Shown one piece after another: positions 10,239 to 22,027 of a stretch of DNA of 64,000 bases. Position numbers and translations under genes: made by a program. The DNA is from Caecitellus pseudoparvulus. Taxonomy: Eukaryota; Protista; Bigyra: Bicosoecida. The stretch lies in the NCBI GenBank assembly GCA_965644315.1, contig CBFFRQ010000057.1, forward strand, positions 62,001 through 126,000, written 5' to 3'. Positions within the stretch are counted from its first letter, which is position 1. Each line of letters begins with the position of its first letter. The notes under the pieces are model-generated. The model did not search any database and was not told the origin of the DNA. It was given only the letters and a program-made list of their open reading frames with translations.

Positions 10239-12474
10239 TCAGTGCTCCAGCAGCGGCTGCTGCAGCGCACCTTGGGGTTGGTTCAAGGACCCTGGGACAG
10301 CGCTGGAGCCTTGCTGCGCTGGACCCACCTGGGGTGTCTTAGGTTTGCAGGGTTGGGCGAACTTCCGAGGGATGAAAACTATTGTGTTGAGTGCGCCAAG
10401 CAGGGCAGCAGCCAGCGGCACAGCAGCCACAACTAGGCGAATGAAGAGGGACTTCTGGTCCGCATGAGCATCAAACAGCGGCTGCAAAAACTGAATGGCC
10501 AGAATGAGGCCCCCGTTACTGGCTTTGTCCAGGAGAGAGAAGCAGCCGTACACGAATGCACCGCTAGCACAGCCGGAGCCCACGAGGTCAGCTTCGAAGG
10601 ACACCGTCGTCACCATCAGCACGGCGTTGCCTGCCCCGAGCACCATGGAGGCCGGGTAGACAAGGTAGGAGTGCTTGGGGTCCAAGAGCAGCATAGCTGT
10701 GCAGGCAAGGCCCGCCAGAACCGTGCCAAGGGCATATGTGAGCCGACGGCCAAGGCGAGCGTTGAGTGGCTTGGCCACCAGGGTGGTCAGGAAGGAAGCA
10801 ATGTACACCAGAAGGGGCACCAGCGCAATGCTGGTTGCGTCCATGTTCAGAGTAGCCGTGACGTAGAAAGGCAGGTACACCTGGGAGATGTTGACCACCA
10901 CTCGAGTGCACATGTAGTTCATGCCGACGATGTAGAAGTCCCACACCCAGAACCAATCGTACCACGCGTACGGCTCCGTGCCATCATCTTCATCGTCACT
11001 GTCACTGGCTTCGGCAAGGGTGGCTGGGATGCCTGCCAGGGCTAGGGGCTCGGGGGGGACGGGGTCTGGGCTGGCGCCGCGGTCCTGCACCGGGACCAGG
11101 CCACCCATGTCGAACGAGGGGCCGGTGGCGGCATCAGCCGAGAGAACACGACGCCAGTCAGGGACACTCATGGCAGTGCTTCCTGGAGAAGCAGCTCGGA
11201 GAGGGCCTTCTGCCGCTGGGCTGGGAAGGTCGTGAAAAGAGCTGGAGCGCTGCTTCACGAGAGCAGGGTGGGCCTTCCTGCACCGCCGGGACCACACGTG
11301 CGCAGGCCGCGGAACTGGGTGCGCGTCCAGGGCGGTGCCTGCTGTGTCCAGGATGTCAACGAACGCTTCCGCCACACTCTGTGTCCTCGTCTTGCTGCCA
11401 GAGCTCACAGTGCGATGGCCGTCCAGGTGGCTGCCTGACGGCGCTGGAGCTGACAGGCCCGCGCTGGCACCCTTGAATGCGCCCCCATCTTGGGAGAAAT
11501 CGTCATGCACAGCTCGAGTGGCCACTGCCCCCACCTGGTCGGCCTTGGCCAGCAACCGCTGAGTGTACTTTTCGAAGCGCAGCATCTGCTCCAGCTCAGC
11601 TGGCGGTCGCTCCCGGAGCAGCACAAGGAAGGCGAGGGAGCAGACCCCGCCCAGACTCATGACCACTAGGGCGAGGTCCAAGTACACGTCAGGGCGCTCC
11701 TTGTTGCTGTTGCTGCCGCCGTTCAGCACGTGGAGCAGCGTGAACATGGTGAGGAACACGATGAGGTTGGACAGGATGGTGTTTCCGTACCTCACGGCAT
11801 TCAGCAAGACGCGCTTGCCATCTTGGGTGGTCAGCTCGGGCACCAGGGACATGTGGCTTACCTGCACCGCTGCCCAGCCGAGGTTGAAGATGGCACAGGC
11901 TATGGCCAGTGCGATGGTCTTCTGAGTCTGAAAGCTGCTGTCCTCGTGGTAGAAGACCGGGTGGCCGGTCGCGAGGCAGGGGGCACACACCGCGAATACA
12001 AAGGTGTACGAGAGCGTGACCAGGAGCACACCTGCAAAGTTCCAAATCTTGCGCTTGCCGAGGCCCCACTGCGGAAAGCCAGTGGTCGCATCGCTGCCGA
12101 GTCCGACCAGCGGAGTAGCGACGGCGTCCTGTGAAAGGCCAGCAGCGCACGCCGCGGTTGCGCAACGGATTTCGAGAACGCAGACAAGGGCGCTCGAAAC
12201 GCACAGCAATCTGCCCCGCAAACATGACGATACCTGCCTCACCACTCTCCAGCTGAGCGGCATACGTCAGGAAGACCAGCAGGTAGCTGAACCATGTTGC
12301 AGCACACAAGTCATTGTAAACGTGACCAAGACTGTACACAAAAATTTGAAAGCGACTCAGTGGTGCCACATCCTCTATCACTCGCGTTGAAGGGCTCTGG
12401 GGTTCAGATCCACGAGGTGCACTGCAGGTGGCGCCTGCGAAATCCCGCCCCGCACCCCGTGCCTTCTGCTGCAT
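10239..12474 (-). CDS. MFS (GPH/MelB-like) transporter, MFSD12-like
   Basis: YSLGHVYNDLCAATWFSYLL, GQIA|DAVATPLVG (intron 12204-12129), FNLGWAAVQVSHMSLVPELT, GAFVYGCFSLLDK. About 12 hydrophobic segments with a long central loop. Confidence 0.88.
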
Positions 12475-12905
12475 CTCTTGTTCCAGGACTGAAAAGGTCT
12501 GCTTGGTGCTAGAGGGTAAAATGCCTTGCAGGCTCTTTTCTTCAAGCTGGGAGCAGCGCTATGTTGGCAGGCACCGCTCCGACCCGCTCTGGTGCCACTC
12601 TGGGGGGCGCCTGCTGAAGCCGTGCCAACTCCAGCGCAGGCCTGGTGCAGGGCGCTGGGGGGCACGTCGGAGATGAGATGCGGCCTTGAGGGCACGCACA
12701 CTGCCAATCCTGAGGTTACCGTGGGGTTCTTTCATTTACTGGTCTCCGTCCGCTTTCCTCCCTGGTGTTCTGCAGCACACCCCCCTGGATCGGGAAGCAT
12801 CGATGACCGCCCGCGCGCAGTGCCTGGCCATCCCACTCAGCGCGCACTCCACCCTTCAAGAAAAGTCTGCATTAAACGACAGCAAGTGGATCAGGCGCAA
12901 GCTGT

Positions 12906-15834
12906 CTAAAGAATAGTCGGCACTTGCCATGTGAACGGCACACAGGCATCATCCACAAGTTGGCGGTGCAGCCCTTGCAGGCGAGAAGCCAGGCGTGCAG
13001 GTACGGAGCCGGGGGCCTGAAGCACGCCAAGCACATGCGGCATGCCAATGATCTGCAGGTACAGCCTCACGGCACGGCGGTATGCGCGGCACGTCACTCG
13101 AGGCGGTGGCAGCTCCACAGTCCAGGCGAGAGCGCGGTGCCGCCACTGCAGCGCATCCCACGCTGAGAGGCCCCAGCCGTCTTGTGGCGAGCCCCAGAAG
13201 CGCTGCTGCCCAAGGGCGAGTGGATCGGCGCCCACACCTCGGACAAGAGATGCTGTGCTGCGAATGCGTGTGCTGCCTGGCGCCTTGCCCGCGGGCGGCA
13301 TTCGCCTAACAAAGTCCCGCATGGTCTCACCCTGCCGGGCCGCGAGGGGGTTGCGCTGGCCCTTTGCTTGGGTTGACTTTCCAGGCCGCTGCCAGCGTCG
13401 CTTGCGCTTGCGAGGGGGGCTGGCAGCGGGGCCGCCTGGGAACAGAGCACCCTCGCCGGCATGCCCTGGCTCAGCCGCTGTCCCAGTGACATTCATCCCG
13501 CGATTCTCCACACCAGGGTTGAACTGGGGCGACAGGGGCGAAGTTGGCGCAAAGTGGAAGGCAGGGGGGGCATGGGCGGGAAAGGCTGCCTGCAGGGCTT
13601 CTTGCGCTTCCTCCCCATCCAACACCTGCCCCAAAAGCCAGTGCAGCTTGGTCAGCTTCTTCCAGGAAGAGGCGCCAGCGGCATCCGCTGACATGCTTCT
13701 GCGATGAGGCCGCTGAGGGCTCGGATCCGCATCGCTCCCAGACATGCCAGCTGGCGCCCACTCAGGGTCCATTGGCGGCGCAACATTGTCGCCCAGGACC
13801 ACCTCTCCACGTTGTTGCATGTCCGCAGGGGAGCCGCGGTGCGCGCCTGAGGCGGCAGGGGCTTCGAGGAGGCCAGCGGCACGCTTTTCGGGGGTGCTCA
13901 GGCCAAGACCGATGTCAGCTTCGACAGCAACGTGCTGAAATGCCCAATGGCCGCCGCCGCTCTCGAACCTCGTCAGCTGGCCGTACTTGGCGTCATCGTT
14001 GTACCGGCCGTCGCGGGGTCGCCGCGTATTCACGACCGGCTCCAAGCTGGACGAGTGTGAAGGTGCCGCTGCGCGTGCATGCCGCCTTGGCGCCTCAGTG
14101 GGCACGTGCTTGGCTGCTTCCTGTGGTATCGACTGCAGCATGTTGCGTGCGTCACGGGCGGCTTCCGACTCCCGGTGGAAAGCACAGCCACGCTTGCCCA
14201 GGGCCTTGTCGCGAAGGATCTCCAGGGTTTCATCCACAATCTGCGTGCAGAGTGCAGGGTACGGGGTGCACTGTGTGCTGTGGGCTGGCGTGGGTGGGCG
14301 CAGTGCTCACCTCCGGAGTGAGCGTTGACGAGTAGCCGTCAGCCGCCAAGACAGCCTGCACAGCCTTGCCAAGCTCGACCGCCGCAAGGCAGTCATACAG
14401 CCCCACCCAGACGAAGACACTGCGCTTTGGCGCCCGCATGCGGGAGGCTGTGAGGAGAGGCTGCACCGCCTCCTGGGGGTTCCCGAGCAGGCGCTTTCGC
14501 TGCCCGATGTAAAACATGGGGTCTGCGCGCTGGGGGTCGAACTCGAAGGCCTTCTGGTAATACTCAAAGCCTTGAGCGAAATCTCCAAGGAAGCGCTCTG
14601 ATAGCTCGGCGATGGAGATGTAGGTGAAGTAGGTCTCCTCGAAGCTGTTGGGAGCAGGCACCTCCAACCGCCGCTTGTACCACTTCACGGCCTCTCGAAG
14701 GTGGTCCCAGTCACTGGCAGTGATGTTCCCTGTGAAAGACACAAAGCGCATAGTGCGTGCAGTGAGGCACGCATCATAAGGCGCATCGACCCACGCACTG
14801 GTATCGTAGCCGGCCATGAACACTCCGCGGTGCGAGTCGGCAATGTAGTACAGCGTACGGGGGTCGTCCGGCAACTCCTCCAGATCCTGCATGAGTAGCT
14901 TGATGTACCGGTAGTTGCGCCCTCGCCCAGACATGGTGCGAAGCTGGTAACCTCCCCCCAACTCGTGGATGTGCATGGTTTTTGACTCGCCCACAGTGAT
15001 GCCGCCCCCGGACCCAGCGAAGGGCGGCACGCGCAAGGTCTGGTGCACGCGCCGCTCAATGCGCACGCCAGGCATGTTGCGAAAGATCCAATCCATGCGT
15101 CTGACGTCGGACACGGCGGCAGCGTCTGACCAGAGGTTGTACAGGATCTTATTAGCGCCGATGTCCAGGTCCATCTTGTCAAAGTTGCCTCCCAGCATGC
15201 GCCGCGCAGGGGCGTAGTCTGCGTCCGCAATGATGCCATGGGTGCCTTCAGGGAAGGCCTCCCAGGCCTTTTTCGCAAGCTTTGTCCACGTCGGGCCCAT
15301 GCCGTCAAAGTGCACCTGCACAGGCGCAGCACCGTTTACGGTGTGGGCTGCCGCTGCTCGCGCTTCTCCAGGAGACAACTCACAGTCACGATCTCTCCGG
15401 GAATGTGGCCAACGTGTGCCTTGATGACATCAGGCGAGTTGTCAGTGTTCTGATCATCCAATCCGATGACCCAGTAGTCAATGATCTCCGCCCTGTGAGG
15501 GTGACCAGCGCCCTGGTGCCGAGCGGAAATTGAATGGAGCCACCGTCAAGCGCTCACCACAGCGGCAGGGTCCTGTTCAAGTTTTCCGCCTCGTCCTTTG
15601 TAAGCATGGTCAAGATCAGGGTTCCAGGCGGTCTGCGCGAGGAGATGCACGCCATTCGTGGCACATGCCGCCCTGCAGCGATTGGAGCACGCCGCACCGC
15701 TTGCCATCCACGTAGAAGTGACTTGGCGGGTGTTTCGAGGCATCCAAAGCATCGTGGCGCGCGTCAGCGACTGCACCCGAGCAAAGCAAGGCTAACACCA
15801 CAAGCAGCAGCCATGCTCGAGGAGAGAGAACCAT
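12906..15834 (-). CDS. Secreted glycosyltransferase family 2 + TPR repeats + low-complexity C-terminus (6 exons)
   Basis: Signal peptide MVLSPRAWLLLVVLALLCSGAVA. Spliced GT-A start LILTMLTKDEAENLNRTLPLWAEIIDYWVIGLDDQNTDNS, DxD in IIADAD, RRVHQ, and TPRs (DPRTLYYIADSH, YYQKAFEFDPQRADPMFYIG). Introns 15697-15633, 15557-15493, 15383-15316, 14798-14730, 14310-14241 join the 382-aa and 443-aa ORFs. Confidence 0.78.
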
Positions 15835-16074
15835 GGCTCGTCAGGGCACTGCCTGGGGGGGGTGAAGCCTTGTGCCAGGCGAGCCTGCAACTGCTGGTGT
15901 GCCAACACACACCCAAGGTGGGCTGGGTCTGCTTGCCAGCACGCCCTAGGAACGTGTACACATCACGCACATGCATTGCACAGGGCTTTTGTTTTACAAA
16001 AGGCCCCGCTGCGCTGTCACTGCTCCACGCATGTCTCCGTGCCACGCATGCCAGAAATCCCTGCTCTCTGCTAT

Positions 16075-19000
16075 TTACAAGCCGCCTGTCGTGGCGGCAA
16101 CATCGTCTGCTGTCATGGCGTCCGAGGTAGCCATGTCCCCACTTGCGCCCTCTCGACGTGTGGAGGTCGGCGAGAAGGCCAGCGTCGCCCCTGCAGCCTC
16201 CCCAGAGCCTGTGCTCTCAGCATCCTCATCGCCGCCTTCTGTGCCAGGCCCAGGCGCCTGGGAGGGAAGGTCAGCCAAGCGGCCACCTGTGGTGCGCTGG
16301 TGGGAATGGGTGCCGCCATGCAGTGGTGAGGCGGTCACCTGTGCGCCGCCAGGCAGCGAGGACTGCTCTGGCATGGCAGGCACCTCCACATCCCCCTCCC
16401 ACTCGTGCTGCACAGGTGCTTGCCCAGACTGCGGGCTGTGCAAGGGGTTCCTCGCCCGTGATGCGCTGGTGCTTCCGGTGGCTCGCTCAGACCTACGCTC
16501 CTGCCCCCTCGCTTTTGCCACTGCCAGGGGGTTGTTCACGGTTGTGCCGGGCGAGAAGCTGGCTCGCGCAGGGGACCGGCGTGAGGGGCTGTGTGAGCCC
16601 ACCTGGCGCCGCCCGGTCGCAGAGTGGGCCGCCAGCACGCTCTGGGCGTCTCCTTTCAGCTCCAAGTGAAACTTGGAGCCGCTGCGCCCTGCCTGGCCCA
16701 GAACGGTTGCGGAGCGGGTGGAGGCCCGGCCTTGCGACACGGAAGGCGGCGCCGCGGACTCGGCGTCGCCAACAAGGTCCAAGTTGCGCAAAGAACCCTG
16801 CCGCAGCGTACCGAACATGCCCAAGCCGCTTTGTGACATGCGCTGCTTTTTGCCCCTCAGCTGTCGGCGGGCACCGGGAGGTGACACGGACCCCCGCCGC
16901 GCCATGTCCACCAGAGCTTCCGTGGTGTCTCCGCCAACCACAGTGTCGGGTCTGAGCGGCGAAGGTGCGTCGTCATCTTCTTTGGGCTGCCGCAGCGCCC
17001 ACACGCACATATGCCCCCCCCGAGATCCACTCAGCAGGAATTCATCCGATGGGGCGAGCAAAGTGGACGGTGCAAAGACACTGGCTGAAGACGGGCGCAG
17101 CGTCGCATGGAAGCGCCGCAGCGCTCGGAAAGGCTCTCCTTCGCCCCCCGGCACCGTGTGCCACTGCAACACCAAGCCAGAGGAGTCTGCAGACAGCAAC
17201 TGCCGGCCACTCGGCGTGCAGGCGAGGTCTGCAATGTGGCCCGAGTGTCCGTGCAAGCCACAAAGAGGGCTGCGCTGGCGCAGGTGCGAGGCTGCCGATG
17301 CCCGGTCCCCCTGAGCCATGCTGCGCACACCAGGTGCCCCGCCTTCGCCCAACCACACGCACACTGTGCCGTCCCAGCCCCCGGTGAATACCAGACCTTC
17401 ACTGGGCCCCCCAGGAGGGGCCCACACCGCACAAGAAACGACGCCCGTGTGGCCAGCACAGGGACCGACGGCCACCCCCTCTGGGGGCGAGGCCGAGCCT
17501 TCTGCGAGGGCAGATGTCCACACCTTTGTGGCTCGGGGTGTCCCGCCGGAGCTACACTTGACGGTGAACATTTTCACTGTGTGGTCATCGCCTGTGGTGA
17601 TGAGGGCCGCCGACGCATCTTCGGCAGCCCCTCCCCGGAAGGCGATGTGTGTCGTGCGAGAGGTGTGAGGGCGGAGAGTGAGTGAAGGCGAGATGAGGGT
17701 CAGGGCCATGCTGCCTTTCGAGCCAGGCAACACGGCAGCGTCAGCGCCCTTCTGAGGGCTGCTGCTGCCGGCCATGCCAGCCACATTCCACAGACGCACC
17801 GTGAAGTCTGCGGCAGCTGTTGCCACAACTTGCTGGTTAGGGTGCAGGGCAACATCCAGCACACGCCCTTCATGGCCCAGCAAGGCGCCAATTTCTACAG
17901 CTCTTGCTGCAGCGCCTGCCGTGGCCAAGGCAAAGACACGCACAGAGTAGTCTGCAGCGGCCACGAACAACAAGCGAACAGAGAGAGGCTCAGGCGCCCC
18001 TGCTCCTGTGACGTCTGCAAACGCCTCTGCCATGCCCGGTACGTGTGCGCTGCCCAGCGTCAGGGCAGTCGCAGCGGTGCCGATGCCTGCCGCAAATAGC
18101 CGCACGCCTGTGCTCATGTCCAGCACACACACCTCTCCGTCTGCTGAGGAGGAGATGAGGAGGGACGGCGCGCTGTCTCCACCGTCGATGGCAGCTGCGC
18201 CAGTGATGGTGCTGCTCCCGCCCTGCATGACCGCACTCGGGCAGCGACTGGCTAACGCGTACGCCCAGCGCTGGGAAGCCGGCACGACATCCAAGGCGGG
18301 CAGCACAGCCGGAGCAGGCGGCAGCAGAGAGAACAGCATGAGGGCGCCATCCGTGGTGGTGAGTGCAAAGGCATGCCCGGAAGGGGACGCAGCCATGCTG
18401 CAGACGCCGACGGCGTTGGCTGCCAAGGTCGCGCCGTCAGCGAGCCGGCCGGGCATATCTCCCGACAGCCCACGCGTGGCATCGCCGCCGAGGACGCCAG
18501 AGGTGACCAGCTCACTGGGTGATCGCGTGCGCGGCAGCAGCATGCGCTGGGAAATGGTCACGTCAGGCAGGGCTTTGTGCGTGCCTGGATGTGCATCCTC
18601 AGCTTCTGCTGCGCGGGCGCCTCCGGCATTGGGGTCCAGGGCCGTACCAGCAAGAATGTCGGCCAGAATGGCATCCAGCGCTGCCTCGTCTTCGGCAGAC
18701 CGCGTGGAGATTCCAGACTCATGGGGGCGGCTGAGGGTCGAAGCTGGAACTGACCACAAAATAACGCTGCCATCCATGCTGCAAGAAACGACAAAGTGGT
18801 CCTCGCCGTAAGCCGGCTCCACACCTCCCCCCAGTGACACCTCCTGCACATTCGACAAGTACCGGTGGGTGCATGGCAGCAGCATGCGGACGTCTCCCCG
18901 GTGGGCACCGTCCAGACCCGCACTGCTGTCTCGGACCTCGCCTAGGTCTTTAAAGGTCTCTGCATCCCAAGCCAGGATTTCGTTGTCCCGGCCGCCCGTC

Positions 19001-20080
19001 AGCAGGCGTGAGCCATCCGGGGACCACACCACAGTCGTCACGTCGCCCCGGTGCCCCTCCATACTACCCAGCACCTCGCAGCGCGCACTGGAGGCACCAG
19101 CCGCCCCACCCTGCCTGCCTTCTGCCACGGCGGCCTGTTCGAAGCGGGCTGAGATGTGCGTGGTGTCCCACACTTTGATAGCCCCGTCCCGGCCGGTGGT
19201 GGCTAAGCGAGCCGCCGTTGGGTGCGATGCGATGCTCAGCACCGCATCTTTATGGGCGTCAATGGTCTCCAGCAACTGCATGCCGTTGAGAAACATGGTA
19301 CGGGGCGGCCCAGGCTTTGTTGGGTCTTGAATCAAGCCCTTGGCCTGTCTGCCAGGCTGCAGCTGCCGCACATCCCACAGCTTCACGTCAGTGTCCTTGC
19401 TGCCGCTGGCCAAGACCACGCCAGGAATGACCCAGGCCAAGCACTCCACATCGTGGCTGTGCATGGTCACACCTCGCCCCGCTGCCTGCTCTTGCCGTTG
19501 CTGAGTAGAGTCAGCCACTGGCAGGAAGGCCACGCAGTACCCAGCGTCCACGTTCCAAGCCCAAATGCCGTCCGTTCCCGCCGAAAACAAAATGGAGGCA
19601 TCAAGGGGACTCCACAGCAGGTCCAGCACCCGCCCTGTCTGCCCTGAGAGCACAGCCACCGTCTCCGTGTCCCAGCTTGGTGGCCGAGGCGCCGGCGCAA
19701 GCGCGGCTTTCCCGGATTCTTCTTTGTGTCCTTGCAGTAGCGAGCCTGCAGGCTGAGGGGCGTCCACAGAGGCCACCAACACGCTGCCATCTGCTGACAC
19801 AAAAGCAATATGATCGCCTCGCGAATTCCAAGCAACAGGGGAACGCTCTTGCACGCCGAAGGAGTGGTATGGTTGCAGCACGCCCTGTAATCCCGCAAGT
19901 CCCCCCCAGCCAGCTTGGGCAGCTGCCGCTGCCGCGCTATCCACGACGACAGGCGGCGCAATCTGCGAGAGGGGAAAGCTTGTGCAAGGTTAGTGCCAGG
20001 GCACGGCAGCCGCTCTCCCGTAGCTCACGTACAGGCGGGGAGCTGCTGCTTGCATCAGCGGGAGGAGGTGCACTGGCCAT
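16075..20080 (-). CDS. WD40-repeat protein (probably double propeller)
   Basis: Many GH...WD units (HSHDVECLAW..SGSKDTDVKLWD, GHRGDVTTVVWSPDG..WD, GHEGRVLDVALHP..VRLWN). ATG at 20080 is joined in frame by intron 20032-19963. Confidence 0.85.
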
Positions 20081-20393
20081 GGCGCTGAAGTGTCTGAGAA
20101 AATAGTTCAGCAAGCAAGTCAATCTGGCAGCCCACCTCTGCTGGCGCTGGTAGCAGCGGCTGATATTGCCAGCCAACTACACCAGTTTTCACGTATACAG
20201 TCTTCGGGCAGAAGCACACCTGCCATGCGCGCCGTTGCGTGGCTCGGAATCTGCAGCCCGGCAGCAACTGAACGTGCAGATTGAAAGAGCTGGTGGGCAA
20301 AATCACTTCCCACCGCCCACTCAAAAGCACTCCATCCAAAGCTCCGTGGAGGTCCAGCATAGACCCCCTGGATCTTGCTTGTTGTTTCGCAAC

Positions 20394-21987
20394 ATGGGCT
20401 GCCAATGCGTGCCATGCATCGGCGCGACCAACCTTGCAACTGCGCAGAGCAGAAGTCGTCGAGCGTGCTACTCATGCTTGAACAGCTGCAGCGCAGCCCG
20501 CGTCTATGTGCTGCTTGGTGTTGCCACGATATCCGTCATTACTCTCGCCCTTGGCCTTGTGCTTGAGCAAGGCTCGCAGCCGGAGGCGTCGCCGAGTCAA
20601 AGCCCACCAATCGCTGAGCAGCTCAGCAACTCGACTGAGGCCCAACCTTCTGCTACCACGGTGCCCCAAGCAAGCAGCCTACCAAGCTGGGGGCCGGGCA
20701 GGGCACCCACTGCGTCTTCAACGACCCCTCTCACTTCAAGATTTGTTAGTCCATCGCCTCTTGCTGCATCGTCGGCGCCGCCGTTTCGTGAGTGACGCAG
20801 CTGTTTGAGCCCAGAAACGACAGACCATGTCCACCGGAATTTATTGCCCTTATCCAGGCCCCACTGATTCTGCAACTCAGTCCCCCTCTGCCATTGCATC
20901 GAGAATGAGTGCGAGCCCACGAAGCTCATCGTCGACTTCAGGCACGTCGACCCCAAGCCCGCCTTCCCCGTCTGCCGTTTCTTGGCCAGTCCCACCACCT
21001 TCTCAACAGCCCAGTGAGACGCCCAGGCCATCACCCTCTACCTCTGAGCAGATCCTGACATCGTCAACGGCGCCGAGCCCGCTTGCGTCAGCAAGCCGCC
21101 TGCCTTCTGCCTCGGTCAGTCAAACGAGCTCCGCCAGCCCAAGTGCAACGTCCAGTGCAAGTGTTCGAGCTCTGGCAAGCGAGGCGTCTCCTTTGTGTCC
21201 TCCCCTAATGCCAGAAAATATGTCACACTTTGAACAAGCCAGTGTCAAGTTCGTGCTCGTTGCAATTGGAGAAGTTGGCCCTCACTCTTGGTCTCACAAC
21301 ACAGCTCGTGACACTGTGCTTGAGCTTGTGAACAACTCGATCTGCGTGCCAAGCGCCCACGCCAGTATTCTTGCCGCCAAGTCAGGCAAGGGTGCCTCGC
21401 CTTCCTCAGAAGGCACGTTTACAGGCTTCGCACTCCGCTTCCTTGTAGCGTCGCGAGCCGATGCCACGTCCATTCGATCCCGCCTTCAAAGCAGTCCTGC
21501 AGAGCTCACGTGGCAAGCCACTTCCAGCGATGCCGCAGCACGGCGCAGCGGCCAGAGCAAAGCTTCAGTCCGCATCGAGTGGCTGCACTTTATCATTCAT
21601 CGGTTGGAAGACGAAGTGTGTGAGGCCCGTCCTCCAGCGGGCGGGGCTCCGAGTCGGCAATGCTCAGGGAATGGAGTGTGTCGCCCAGACGGAACGTGCG
21701 ACTGCAGGAGGGGGTTCGAAGGAAATTCGTGCCAAGAGCAGACGCAGCTCAGCTATCCTAGTGCCTGGACCTGGCAGCGAGTGACAGTTGTAGTGGCAGC
21801 CATTGTGCTCGCATCGTCGGCAGTGTGGGTTGGGTGCTTGGTGGGCCACAGCATCTCCACCAAAGCAGCGCGATGCTGTCCTTGCTGTGCGATAGGCGCG
21901 GAGGGTGCTGGGGCTGATAGGGCTCAAGCGACAACACCCCCCATGCGGCCAGCAGTGTCCCATGCCCAGAGCATTTCCTACGTTTGA
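20394..21987 (+). CDS. Membrane protein: N-terminal TM, Ser/Pro/Thr mucin-like stalk, EGF-like domain, second TM
   Basis: MGCQC start, hydrophobic VYVLLGVATISVITLALGLVL, S/P/T-rich region, CSGNGVCRPDGTCDCRRGFEGNSC, TM VTVVVAAIVLASSAVWVGCLVG. Intron 20788-20857 joins the two ORFs in frame. Confidence 0.7.
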
Positions 21988-22027
21988 CGTGCATTGTGCA
22001 GCCCGCATGCAACGACTGTCCGATCAG

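Noticed and set aside
12526-12916. Short + strand ORFs between the MFS and GT2 genes
   Set aside because: No recognisable features; likely UTR or promoter.
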